A DNA stretch of 64,000 nucleotides, from the NCBI RefSeq assembly GCF_009914755.1, contig NC_060931.1; one strand, 5' to 3'. The notes beneath the pieces are model-generated. The model was given only the letters and a program-made list of their open reading frames with translations, was not told where the DNA came from and ran no database searches. Both the position numbers and the translations under genes were made by a program. Source of the stretch: the human T2T-CHM13v2.0 reference genome, Homo sapiens. The first letter of the stretch is position 1; each line of letters opens with the position of its first letter. Shown here one piece after another: positions 1-14,073 of this stretch.

Positions 1-2212
1 AAACTCATTAATATACTACATGAAACAGAAGAAAATGGGGGAAATGGATGCAATGATAATGAATATAGAAAGATTTAAATCTTTGTAAAAGAATCAAATG
101 TACATTCTCTAACTGACAAATATAACACCTGAGTTTAAAAACACATTAGGTGCATTTAACAGCAGACTGGACAGAGAAGTAGACAAAATTATTAGACTTT
201 AAGATAGGATTATAGAAAATATACAAATCCAAGCACAGATGAAAAGAACGTATAAAAAGAAAACTGAGCATACGAGATAGTTAAAAGGTATACCATATTT
301 ATTTAAAGTTCCGGAATAAAAGGAGAAATAAATGGGAGCAGAAGCAGTATTTGTGGAAACAACAGCCAAAATGTTTCCAAAGTTGATAAGACATTACTCA
401 ACAGATTCAAGAAGCTCATCAAATTCTAAGCAAGATAAATAAAAGGAAAACAACAGTTAGACATATTTTTGTCAAACTTCTAATAATCAAGAATTAAAAG
501 AAGCCTTAAAAGTACCCAGAGGGAAAAAATACATTAACTTCAAAGGAGCAACAATAAAATGAATGGCTGACTTTTCAACATAAATTATGAAAGCCAGGAG
601 ATAATGGGACAATATCTCAGAGTGCTGAAATAAAAGATTGTCAATTTAGAACTTTATGCTTATTTAAAATATCATTCAAAAATGAAGGAAAAGTAAAGAA
701 ATTTTCATCCAAATGAAAATGAATTTTTAACCAACAGATCTTCACCACAAAATCAATTAAAGAAAAAATTTAAAGCAATCATATAAAGGCATGAAACTGA
801 AAGAAGAAATAAAGAGCTTCAGAAAATGTAAATATGTGGGTAAAAATAAAATATTATTGTTTCATGTAACAAGAATAATAATGTCTTGTTGAAATTATAA
901 CATATAAACAAAATATGTGACAATATCACAAAGGCCAGAGGAAGAGTATTATGTCAAGAATGCATATTATGGTCTCCAGAGAAATCATAAAATAATAACA
1001 TAATTTATTACTAACCATATAGTAAGTAGAGAAATGAAATAATAAAATATGCTTGATTAATCCAAAAGAAGACTAGAAAAGAAGAATAAATGAGCAAAGA
1101 ACAGATGAACTGATAAAAAATAAATAGCAAGATAGTGGACTTAAACCCAACTATATCAGTAATTCCATTCCATATGAATAAGCCAAACAATAACATTTTT
1201 TTTAAAGATTGTTAGATTAAATTTTTAAAACTTGACTACATGTTACAGACAATAATTACTATATAGAGAGACACAGAAAGGGTGAGAATGAAAAGATGGT
1301 AAATGATATATCACCTTGACACTAACCAAAAGAGAGCTGATGTCATTGTGCTAATAGCAGACATTGCCAAATACACTGTATGTTAGCCTAAGAGGAAGTC
1401 TTAACTTTTTTTTCAAAGGATTCAAATTATATGTAATATGTTCTCTGACTACAATAGAATTAAAATATAAATAAATCAGAGAACGATAATTAGAAAATCT
1501 CCGAAATATTTGGAAATTATGCAACATACTTCTAAATAACTCAAGGATCAAAAAATCAAATAAAATTAGAAAATATGAGCAAAATAACAATAAAAGTGAC
1601 ATATTAAACAGTGATGCCAAAAAGGAAATTTACAGTTCCAAATGCAAATGAATATTTAAGATGAGAGAAAAAAGAAAGACTGAAAATCAATAAGCCTAAT
1701 TCAGACAAATTTAATCCAAGGAAAACAGAAGAAAAAATATTAATGAGCAGAATTAATAGATTAAAAAACATATTACAGGGAAAGCAAACAAAGCCAAAAG
1801 TTAGTTCTTTGAAAATAGTAATACAATTTATAAGTCCTTATTAATGCTGATCAAGAAAAAGAGGGAGAGAAAACACAAATTATCAATATCAGGAATAAAA
1901 GGAAAATCATCACTACAGACATTTAATAAACAATCGTGTGTCACTTAATTTTAAAAATTGAGATAAAATAGATAAAATATTGTTTAAAAATAAACTCCAA
2001 AATGGACACAAGAAGAAATAGAAAATCTCAACAGTTCTATATCTGTTAAAGAAATTGAATCTACCTATTGAATTGTTCTATGTCTATGGAGTTGAATAGT
2101 TTATATCTATTAAAGGAATTGAAAGAAATTAAAACTCTTTTCACAAGGGCTTCAATGGTGAATCTTTACACGTATTTAAGAAATAAATAATATCGATCTT
2201 ACACAAACTCTT
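1..2212 (+). mobile_element. Old L1 (L1M-type) fragment: ORF1 C-terminal region, inter-ORF and deleted ORF2 5' region
   Basis: A-rich strand with L1 ORF1 motifs (atcattcaaaaatgaaggaaaagtaaag) and ORF2 motifs (ctgactacaatagaattaaa; aaagccaaaagttagttctttgaaa; caagaagaaatagaaaatct); many stops. Confidence 0.85.
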
Positions 2213-2811
2213 CCTCTTCACTTTACTGTGTTTTTTAATCTTTGGCTAGGTAAATCAGGAATTTAGTCTAAAAGGGAAGAAAAAAAAGAAGACAAGTGTT
2301 CTTAGAGTTGTCTCCAAAGTGGCCTACAACCTCCCAGCAAATTTGCTTTCTTGACCAGAAACATTACATTTTAAAAAGCGTTTACTCCCCAAGGGGGCAA
2401 GGAGAGTTCACACCTTTAGAAACATAATCCTAGTTTTTCTTATTGTGGGTTGGGGATAAGGGATGTGAATTTTTACATTGTAAATCTACAGGGGAAGAAA
2501 AAGCTGCAAGCAAACTTTTTCAATAAGTCCATCAGCTCAGTGGTAATATAAAGTGCTTAGGACAGTGCCTAGTTTATAGCAGTCACTCAACATTTTTTTG
2601 GTTCCGTTCTCACTTTAACTTTCAAATCTGCAGCTTGTAGTAGACACTTGTTTATTGCCCCTAGCTTCCACTTATCTTCTTGGGCAATAGTCCTCAAATT
2701 CTCCTGTGTAGGGACTATCTTACCTCTATTCACAACCCATATATAGACGACCCTGTATTTGGGCTTTAGCGGTCAAAAAGCACCTTGGACAAATGAGGTC
2801 CAATGAAACCA

Positions 2812-3235
2812 TGATGGTTAATTTTATATATCAATTTGACTGGGCCACGGGATGGTCAAACATTATTCTGAGTGTTTCTGTGACGATGTTTTTGGATGAG
2901 ATTGTCATTTGAATCAGTAGGCTGAGTAAAGCAGATTGTCCCCCTCATGTGGGTGGGCCTCACCCTTCAGTTGAAGTCCTGACTAGAACAAAATGGTTGA
3001 CCCTCTCCCAAGTAAGATGGAATTCCTCCTGTCTGAGTATCTTCAGACTGAAACAGTGGCTCTTCCTGGGTCCTTTGGACTGCAACTACACCATCAGTTC
3101 TCCGGCCTTCAGACTTGGACTTTGGACTTGCACCATGAGCTCTCCTGGGTCTTTAGATTTCTGACTCACTCTGCAGATCTTGACATTTGTCAGCTTCCAT
3201 AATCATGGGAGCCAATTCTTTATAATAAATCTCTT
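2812..3235 (+). mobile_element. MLT2B-like ERVL LTR
   Basis: Starts tgatggttaattttat..tcaatttgactgggccac; contains ggctgagtaaagcagattg and gagccaattctttataataaatctc. Confidence 0.85.
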
Positions 3236-3334
3236 TATATATGTATATATACACACATATATACATATATATAAATAGATTGCATAAATGTATATATTTA
3301 TATGTATATAAACATATTTACATATTTTATATAT
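3236..3334. repeat. (TA)n-rich simple repeat
   Basis: Direct reading. Confidence 0.9.
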
Positions 3335-3548
3335 GAGGAGTCAATAGAGCTAAAAGTGGAGCTGCTCAGAGGATGGGGAGCAGAGAGAGGAATCCTGGGG
3401 ACATTGGCTAAGCCCTAATTTAAGTTGTGCCTGAAGCTCCCCTGGATCTTTCAACTTTTCAGCATCTATCAGCCAATACATTCTTTTCTTTTATGAGAAT
3501 TTGGGCTGAATTTTCTGTCACAACCAAAAGAAGTGTTTTCCTTAATGA

Positions 3549-3694
3549 ACACACACACACACACACGTACACACAGACACATATGGACACACATACACAC
3601 GTACACATAGACACATGCACATACATACGTACAGACACACACATATGCATACACACACATATACACAAACGTACACACATATACACACACACAC
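3549..3694. repeat. Degenerate (CA)n/(CATA)n microsatellite
   Basis: Direct reading; explains the HT/CV-rich ORFs. Confidence 0.95.
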
Positions 3695-3784
3695 AGATGT
3701 CCCTGATTTTTCTTTATTTTTATTGCTTCTGATTTAAGTATGCTTCATTTAATAGACAGGGCATTTTGTTTTCTTTTTTTACAC

Positions 3785-3846
3785 CAGCACTGAACAATCA
3801 AACTTTCTTCAGGGATGGAAATGTTTTACATCTGCACTGTCCAGTG
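3785..3846. mobile_element. MER3-like hAT MITE fragment
   Basis: aactttcttcagggatggaaatgttttacatctgcactgtccag resembles the MER3 end. Confidence 0.55.
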
Positions 3847-3849
3847 AAG

Positions 3850-4420
3850 TCCCTGGACTGGGTAAAAGTGCCTAGAAAGAGAACGTTGACAAAGAAAAGA
3901 AGAGGCCAAGGATGGGGGTCTGATGAAGGAGGAAGAGCTAGCAGATGAGAAATGGCCAGTAGAGTTGAAGGAGTCCAGATAAATGCGTAGCACAGAAGCC
4001 TAGAGAAGAACATGTCTCAAGAAGGGGGAACCGACCATTCCTACTGTGTGCAGCTGAGAAATCAAAGAAGATGTGGGTAGAGAACTGCTGTTACTGATAA
4101 ATGCCCATTCAGTGGTGTGGCAGAGATGAAAGCCCATTGGAGTGGGCTGAGGATGAGAATGAATGATGAGGAAACGTAGACCTTGGGGTTGGATGACTCC
4201 CTCCAGAAATTTTTCAGTAAAAGGAAACAGGGAACTGCGCAATAGTTAGAGGGAGCATGGGATCACTTTTTTTGAGAGAGATGATACTAAGTAATTTTTA
4301 TAATATATGCTAGTAGGAAAGATCCAGTAGTGAAGGAGAAGTCAGTGGTGCACAAGAGGAAGGAGACAGCTTCAGGATTGACACCCTTGAGAAGGTGAGA
4401 AGGGCTGGATTCACAACATA
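3850..4420 (-). mobile_element. L2 fragment
   Basis: Purine-rich L2 antisense motifs (cagaagcctagagaagaa; gaaagatccagtagtgaaggag). Confidence 0.6.
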
Positions 4421-6750
4421 CACATGCTTCTCCGCAAACAGGACCCTTTGTGTCTAATACAGCACTGACTCAGTAAATAAACTGAAACTTGAAAAGGTAG
4501 AAACAGAAAGCCAGTGTTCTTTCCCACCACCATGCCACAGAACTACCTTTCTCAACTTGTACTTTCCTGCTCCTGGACAAAAGCTCCAGAACATCTCATG
4601 GCTTTTTCAATTACTCTCAGATAACAACAACAACAAAAAAATCCATTAGTCATGTTTAGCACCCTGTGTATTATCAACACTCCAAAATTTAATTTTAAGT
4701 TTCTCCTCTCCTCTAGCTCTGGCCTTTGCCACACCAGGAAATCACCAGTGAGGGAAGGGTAGGAGAAGTTGCTTCTCCTTTCCTGCTTGCTTCACCTCAT
4801 CCACAGTCAGTCTGACCTGCTGGTTTGTTTTTGTTTTGTTTTGTTTTGCTTTTTTGGCAGTTCCATGGCTGGAATCCAGTAGGTAAGAAAGGTAAAAGAA
4901 AGGCCTTATTCAGTTGGTGTGTTATAATTCAGCATAGATGCCCTTTCAGGATGCAGAATTTAAGTACTAATTTTCTCTCTTCTGAAGCATTTTTATAGAT
5001 TCTTCAAAGACATCCAATAGATAAGAATCTCCCAAAGAGATCAGCTGGACCCCTGCCCCATGGTTTCCGACAGTTCATCTCCATCTGTTGAGGTCACCTT
5101 CTCTCAAGGTCCTCTCGGTGTCTACTACAAAATGATCCAATCTAGTCCCTTCCATGGGGTTCTCATCTGACTGAGGGGAAACACCTTTGCCCCACCAAAC
5201 CCTGGAAGTACAACTTATGACCAATGAAACTCTCTATTCCATGGCTCCAGAGCAGCAAACTAGAGACAGTCTCCCCTCTTCAAACTTCTCATGTTTTCCT
5301 TCATACTCCGGGGGACACGTGTCAACTTCTCTGAGAGTTTATCTTCCAGCTCTCCTTAGTTGGTTTGAAATGGCAGGTGTATTCCCTCCCCTCCCTCCCC
5401 AATGCCCCCACACACTGACAACTCTCTCCAAAGATGCTCTCCACCCTGGCATCTCTGATCCTCTCTATTATGTCACCTGGACCTGGCCAATGGACTAATG
5501 CCAGCAACACAGATGTCACTGTCTCTAAGCATATCCTGCCTAGATGGTTCAATACCTCCCTTTGGAATACTGGAATATTTGGTTCTCAAACTTGGGGTAC
5601 CTGCCAAAACTCTGAGAGCAAATGAATCTCATTTTAATATTCTACAGAAATCCATAAAAAGAGGGTGAGTGCATAAACAGTCAGTGTCACTGCTGTGGCC
5701 AGAGTTGGCCTGATATTGCATTTGACTTTCATAAATTATTCCTTCCAGCATCCTTCTTCCTAACCATTTATCTTTCTTATACTCTACAGCAGAAGTAGGA
5801 AGGGGCAGGGAGACCACATGCCATTACAAAGGTTGTTAACTGCACAAGGCACCTGGCTGAGGAGGTGAATGGTAAATAAAATATAAAGTACTGTTTGTTT
5901 TAGGTCCCCAGCTTGGGGCTGCACAGTCCTTGAGGGTAACCTGTTTTATTTCATTCTCAAAAAGGTGTCTCATGGCTTAGCAGAGGCCCTGGAAAGAAGC
6001 TACAGAAACACAGGAGGAATCACTCGTCCAAACAGAATGATAATGGCTCTGTGGTAGAAGAGAGAGCACTATAATAGTAGTATGAGATTTATCTTTGCCC
6101 AAAAGGATGATGTGACCTAATACAGAAAATCCAGGAGGCACACTGATTGGGGCTGGCAAGAAGGGATAAGCAAAGATAGACTCCAACCAGGAAGAATGAG
6201 CAGAATTTGAACTGGATTAAAAAGTTAGTTGAGCCAATTAAATTCAAATGGAGAAGATAACTCATCTAAAATTACTTTCTCTCATTTTGAAATATCATTT
6301 GGCATTGGTTCATTGTTTTAAGTATTCAACTATGTTACAGAAATGCCTCTACACTTCTTTGCACTAACAGGATTCCAGACCCTGCCCATGGGGTTAGCGA
6401 TGCGATCTGAGTACACCTCCCACCCCTTTCCTTGCCTGGAACATTTGACCCTCTGAAGTCATCCAAAAGATCTGGATCAGGGGTGGCTAAGAAACTACGT
6501 ATGTCTATGAATGATGGAGGTAATGGCTGTTTGCATCTCCCTTAGGTTAATACTCAGAAATAAATATAAATTCTAGGAAGGAAGCTTCTGATTGTGTAGT
6601 TATGGTAAATTACTTTGGTTTAAACTACCAACTGTACCTGGACTGGTGAGAGAGTGAGTGAGAGTGAGCAAGTAAGGCAAAAGAGAGAGAGACTGATTAT
6701 GGTTATTAAGTTTCTCGAAAACCCTTAGCTACATGTTGGCTTCTTCTTGA

Positions 6751-7128
<378 letters not shown>

Positions 7129-7789
7129 TAAGAGAGTAACACAAAGCCCTAAGGTAAATTACCTTGTTTATTATAGAATAAAGGTAGACTTAAAGGCAGG
7201 TACTTTCTTCTCCTAGCTCGCATTGCATTTAGTATTCAGTATAACCTGCTATTTATAAAGTTATCCAAAGGCATCTTGGCATGAACCAAACCACACAGAC
7301 AAGATAACATCACTTCCCTGGGAATTGCTAAGCTTCCTTTGGTCTCTCCCCTGTCAGCAGAGGCAGAGAGGTGCTGCCTCAAACCTAGCATACTGGAGAC
7401 ATGATTTTTCCACTGCAAGTTGCATCCTATTCCATAGCCACATGGGATCCTGACAACTGAGGACTAAAGTAGACAGTGAGCCTCTGAGCAAATTCACTGT
7501 TGATGGGCTTGTCACTAAAAATTCACTTCAGTTGTACAGAACCAAACCAAGTATTACAGGAGAAGGGATTTGCCTCGCAACCAGAAAATAGACGTTACTC
7601 TCCATACTAGCCTTAGAGATTCTCAGCACTGCAGGACAATAAACATGAGCAGGTTGGACTCCTTGCCTGATGTGAGAATTCCTCTGCAGCATCCTTGTCA
7701 AATTCTCATCTATTGGTAGAAGTAGAATTGCTGGGTAGAAGAAAAGCACATTATTACCTTTATCGGCACTAAGAAATCACACTCCGAAA

Positions 7790-8640
<851 letters not shown>

Positions 8641-9673
8641 TTATACCTCCATTCTCCAATCTGAATAGCTGAATGAATGAGAGAGTGAAAAATAGTACTG
8701 GCAATTAGTTGAATGGGCTCTTACTGTTTTTCACCACCGCCTCAGATCCAGGACAAAGGGAAGGGACTGAATTCCCATTCTGCAGAGGTTACACCTCCCT
8801 CCTTATTTTGTCATATCTTCCCTGAGTCTATATAATAATTAGTTAGCAAAATAACATAATTGGAAAAAAAGCTTCTCTGAGATGTGTAGATACTTTCTCA
8901 AATGTGCACTGACTAAGGTCTTATCATAATTTTCTTAAGGAACAACTCTCTTTCCATCCTAAATGCCAGACCAATGATATGATCTTTGGCAATGTACTCT
9001 GGAAGAAATAAAGTAGCATCTCATTCATTCCTTGCTGTCTTCAGATGACAGTCTATGGAGTATGGGTGTATTTGTAGGGGTGAAAGTGACAAAAAAGAAG
9101 GCAAGCCATATGAAGATTATATCTGCTTAAAATTGACACGTTTAAATTTCTGCAAAGATTCCAGACACTGTTTTAAGACAGCTGAAAAACCACTAAACTA
9201 TTCTGCCCACATGCCCCAAATATTCTATCTCACCATAACCCTCTTGGATTTACACATACCAAAATGCTCAAGGGCCATTTCCTGAATTTCTGCCAAATGT
9301 TCCGATAACACTTCAGCTTAGATTAATTCAAATTCCAAGGAAAACACCAAAGTGATTTATGACAAGGAAAAAGAGATATTTAAACTAAAAACATAATCAA
9401 CAGTAATTTACAAACTGAAGATAATTTTATGTCACTACTCAATTTTGGAAAAGCAACTCTTGTAGGAATTTCCCTTCTCTCCCCCAGTGTACAAATAGCC
9501 AGACTTTTCATGTGGACATCACTATTTACAGTAAATGGAAGACCTTGCATCTCACTTCTAAAAATAGGTAAGATACTCTATAAAAGGATATGTCTCACTT
9601 CAAATAATCCCTTTTACTTATTAAAACAGGTATTTATATTTTATCATATAGAGATTATTTCTTTATGGAGTTA

Positions 9674-9838
<165 letters not shown>

Positions 9839-10094
9839 TTAACTTTGTTGAAGCTGATCTAAAGTTACAGGTTGGGCTGAAAATTATAAAATTCTAATTT
9901 ATTTGAAAAATGTTAAAGTATCAAGTTAGCTTTTATCTTTGTAAGGATATTATTGCATCCTTCATTATACTGAAAAAAATTTAAGCTCCTATATTATTTT
10001 ACTCATGATAAAAAATGGCTACATCAAAACATATTGGCAAATATACATACTTTGATAGATTTTATTAAGCAGTGGTCTTTCACCAATGATTATA

Positions 10095-10439
10095 CAGTCA
10101 TGCATCACTTAACAACAATGGGGATACATTCTGGTAAATGCATTGTTAGATGATTTTGTCATTGTGCAAACATCATAGAGTGTACTTACACAAACCTAAA
10201 GGGTATATAGCCTACTACACACACCTAGGTTATGTGGTATAGCCTATTGCTCCTAGGCTACGAACCCATTCAGCATGTGACTGTACTGAATACTATAGGC
10301 AATTATAACACCATGGTAAGTATTTATGTATCAAAACATAGAAAAGGTACAGTAAAAATATGGTATTATAAACTTATGGGGCTACTGTCATATATGCAGC
10401 CTATCATTGACCAAAACATCATTATGCAGTGTATAACTA
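10095..10439 (+). mobile_element. Tigger3a/MER7-type TcMar MITE
   Basis: ta|cagtcatgcatcacttaac start; gtgtacttacacaaaccta and gcctattgctcctaggctac; degenerate terminal inverted repeat. Confidence 0.88.
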
Positions 10440-10792
10440 TTTTTTTAAATTCTCACTCTTATTTCATCCAAGTAGTTAAATTCTTAATGAATTTTGTCCC
10501 CAAAATTTGTAAAAAAGAAAAATATAGGAAAACAGTTCAGCTTATAATAGCGGCAGCAGAGGAGAGGGTTATAGCTTAGAAACTGGAAAGAATAGTTCTG
10601 TTAAAACAAGCAAAAGCAAAAGACATTTAAGTTACCAAGCAACTATGACAGGAAGATTGTGAGGCTGAGTGAAAATGATTGTTTAGGGTATAGCTTTAAA
10701 AATCAGCTGGACTTGTCACCATTTAAAAATAGATTCCAAGCAAAATAATAAAAACCCTTATTTTACAGTTACTATCTAGTCCGAACATTAGT

Positions 10793-11323
10793 TGCGTTGG
10801 GCAGAATAACAGCCCCCAAAGATAATGTTCAGTTCCTACTTGCTGGAACTTGTGAATATATTACTTTATGTGGCAGAAGGGACTTTGCAGATGTGATTGA
10901 GGATCTTGAGATGGTGAGATTACAATTGATAGTAAATTATAATATTATCTGTATTATCTAGGCAGGCCAAATGTAATTAGAAGGGTCCTTCTAAGAAGGA
11001 GGTAAAAGGGTCCAAGTGAGAGATGTGTTGCTAGAAGCAGAGTGTCAGAGAGAGGTTTGAAGGTGTTACATTACTGGCTTAGAAAATGGAGGGAGGGGCT
11101 TTGAGCCAAGGAATGCAAGTGATTTCTAGAAGCCAGAAAGCAAGGAAATGGATTCTCCCCTGGAGCCTCCAGAGGGAATACAGCCCTGCCAACACCTTGA
11201 CTTTAGCCCAGTGAAACTGATTTTGGACTTTTGACCTCCAGAACCATAAGACAATACATCTGTGTTTTGTTAATGCTGCTAAATTTGTACTAATTTGTTA
11301 CAGTGGCAGTAGGATACTAATAT
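10793..11323 (+). mobile_element. MLT1D-like MaLR solo LTR
   Basis: gggcagaataacagcccccaaag...agggactttgcagatgtgatt...gagccaaggaatgca...aatttgttacagtggcagtaggatactaata. Confidence 0.88.
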
Positions 11324-13013
11324 ATTAGCGTAGCCCAAGCCATCTGTGAAATGAATACATTTGCACTCATTTGAACAAGAGACCTCCATATGGGTGTCAC
11401 ATCTCTCTATGTGAAGAGCTTTATGGAACAGTATTCTGGACAGGTAAATGCACAGGGCTAGCAGCCTAGAGGAAGTGTGGAAGGAAAAGAGTTGGAGAAG
11501 AACTGATGGGTACAAGGGACCACATTTGCAGTAGAAAAGGCCCAAGGTAAGGGGATGAAGGTCACTGTCGGATACCAGTGCCTCTGCAATGAAGGTTTCA
11601 AGGTGAAGACCAACTCCAGTAAAGAGCTTGGTGGAGATCCTGGTCCCTATGCTCATTTTTAATTTTTTTTCTCTTTCTTAACCAGCCAACAACAAAACAT
11701 TTAAATGTATTTGCTGCACTTACAAATGTCTCTAGAAATATGTAATGCATGATTTCAAAATGGGCCTGAACAGTTGTCTGAGTGGGAGACAAACACAATT
11801 AGTCTGCGTCCCACTGCCTGGTGAGGTGGCCTGCTGGGGATCCATGGGGGCAGGCTGGTGGAGAACTGAGCTCTTCTTTCTGGCAGTCATTGAACACTCA
11901 TTGAGGCCAAATACTATCACCCCTGGCTCAGACAGGACCCAGGGCTATTAGGGGAGAACAGAATGGCAGGTGCCTGAGGCTTTGAGTAAGGAAGGAGGCG
12001 CTCACCCACCTGCATACTGTCGCTGAGTCAGGCTGCCCCAGAGTGCGGGAATCAAGGGCAACACATCTCTGCTGCTCCTGCCATCACATGTTCATCCCTC
12101 CTGCGGCTGAAGTCACACAGGCCTCTAGGTGACCCGATCCTGGTGTCCCAGGCTCAGCTCTGTGTGGAGTCCACAGAAGCTGCTCCCCAGCCCAAGTGCG
12201 CAGGGTGCTACTGGTCAAGCCTCCTGTTCTCCTTGACTGGTTCTTCCAGAAATTCCCTTGTTTCGCCACACAGAATGTGGTAAAGCTTGCTAACAATTGT
12301 AAACTGGAATCCTCTGGCATATATGTGTGGTCTACTCTGCTAAGTGGCTTAAAAAATTACTTATAAAATGCTTCAAACATACAAAAAAATACAAGAAATA
12401 GTACAATAAACACACACGTACCTGGTATCTAGATTCAATCATTGTTAATATCTTACTGTGTGTGTTTTTGTGGAGAGAGAAAGAGTAAGGGAGAGAAAGG
12501 AATTCTGAAATAAATTACAGACATTATCACACTTCAACACTTCACACCTTAGTTTCTTTTAATCTTTCTAATCTACAACAGTCTCCCAGCCCTGGTCTGT
12601 TTCTTGTTGTTCTTGTTTTTTTTTAATGACTTTGACTTATTGAAGAGACCAGGGTAGTGTGTCTTATAAGACAGCTCATATTCTGAACATGTCTGATTGT
12701 TTCCTTGTGGTACATATGATGCTTTAAAAATATATATGTTTTTAAATAAATAGCCTACATTTAGAATTCAGGCAATTTTGAGTAAAATTCTGGATTTCTG
12801 GCTTTAAAAACTTAAAAAAAAAATCAAAAGACCTGGCAGTGCCTGGTGTGTATTCCTGGCTGGTTACAATTTGTGGCCCAGTGTATGAGCTGCTGCCTTT
12901 GAGAGGGCACCATGTTGTAGCTGAGTGTCAAGTGCTATTCCTTATTGTGTCAAATCAACTGTCAACACACCTCATCCATTTGTGTAGTCCCCAAGGGAAA
13001 ATGAGTTTATAAC

Positions 13014-13404
13014 TGTATCAGTCCAGGTTCTCCACAAAAACTGGACCAACAGGCTATCCATGAAAGCATTTGTTTTAAGGAATTGGCTCACAGGATTGTG
13101 GGGGCTGGCATGTCCAAAATCCACAGGGCAGGCTGGCATGCTGGTAAATCAAGCAGGATTTTGATGTTACAGTCTCTCAGAATTCCTTCTTCTCTGGGAA
13201 ACTTCAGTTTTGGCTCTTAAAACCAGCACTCATTGGTGAAGCCCACCCACATTGTGGAAGGTAATCACCCTTGCTTAAAGTGAATTGATTGTAGATGTTG
13301 ATGACATCTACAAAATACCTTCATAGCAATATCTAGACTAGGGTTTGACCAAATGACTGGGCACCATAGCCTAGCCAAGTTGACACACAAAATTGACCAT
13401 CACA
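13014..13404 (-). mobile_element. MLT2D-like LTR
   Basis: tgtatcagtccaggttctcc...aaggaattggctcac...ccaagttgacacacaaaattgaccatcaca. Confidence 0.85.
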
Positions 13405-13480
13405 ATGACTTTGTTTTAGAACCAAACATGAGAATATTGGTTTTACATAGCTTTCTTCTCCCAAAAGCTTTCTCCTGCTT

Positions 13481-14073
13481 CATATTGGTTTTCCATCACT
13501 GTGTCACAAATTACCACAAACTTAGTGACTTAAAACACAAATTTATTATCTCATAATTTTCATAGCTCAGAAGTCTAGATATAGTGTAGCTGAATTCCCT
13601 CCTCAGGATCTTCCCTGACTGAAATCAAGGTGGGGCTGCATTCTCCTCTAGGGTTTGGGGTCCTTTTCCATGCTCTCTGGCTGTTGGCAGAATTCATTTC
13701 CTTAACAGTTGTAGGACTGAACTCTGCCAGCTGGGAACAACTTTCAGCCCTTAGAGGTCATCTACATTCCTTACCACGTGGCCCTTTCTCTTCTTAAGCC
13801 AATAAAAATATGTCAAATTCTCCTGTGTCAAATTTCTGCCTTTCTTGTCAGCCACCAGCTGGAGAAAACTCTCTGATTTTAAAGGGCTTATGTTATTCAG
13901 TCAGGCCACCAGATCATCCCCCTTTCGTAAGTAAACTGTGCCATATACATGACCTAATCACAGGAGTAAACTCCATTACACTCATGGTCCTGCATCATAT
14001 CCATTATGCAGGAGATGTGTACATGGAGGAGGGTCCAGAATCTTGGGGCCCTCTTAGAATTCTGCCTACCACA
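13481..14073 (-). mobile_element. MLT1E-like LTR
   Basis: acaaattaccacaaacttagtgacttaaaaca...cttagaattctgcctaccaca. Confidence 0.85.

Larger units (their letters stand above)
2630..3545 (+). mobile_element. Old MLT1-type (MaLR) LTR interrupted by an MLT2 LTR
   Basis: 3' part 3340-3545 has the MLT1 tail (cctgaagc...ccctgga...gccaatacattc...ttttctgtcacaacc); 5' part is degenerate. Confidence 0.45.

Noticed and set aside
3427-3732. His/Thr- and Cys/Val-rich ORFs; likewise the MDGW/HPSI ORFs at 50038-50369
   Set aside because: Translations of microsatellites
4640-5620. Possible ancient LTR-like repeat
   Set aside because: Could not assign a family from memory
10232-10579. 115-aa ORF
   Set aside because: Mostly within a non-autonomous Tigger3a MITE; no transposase motifs
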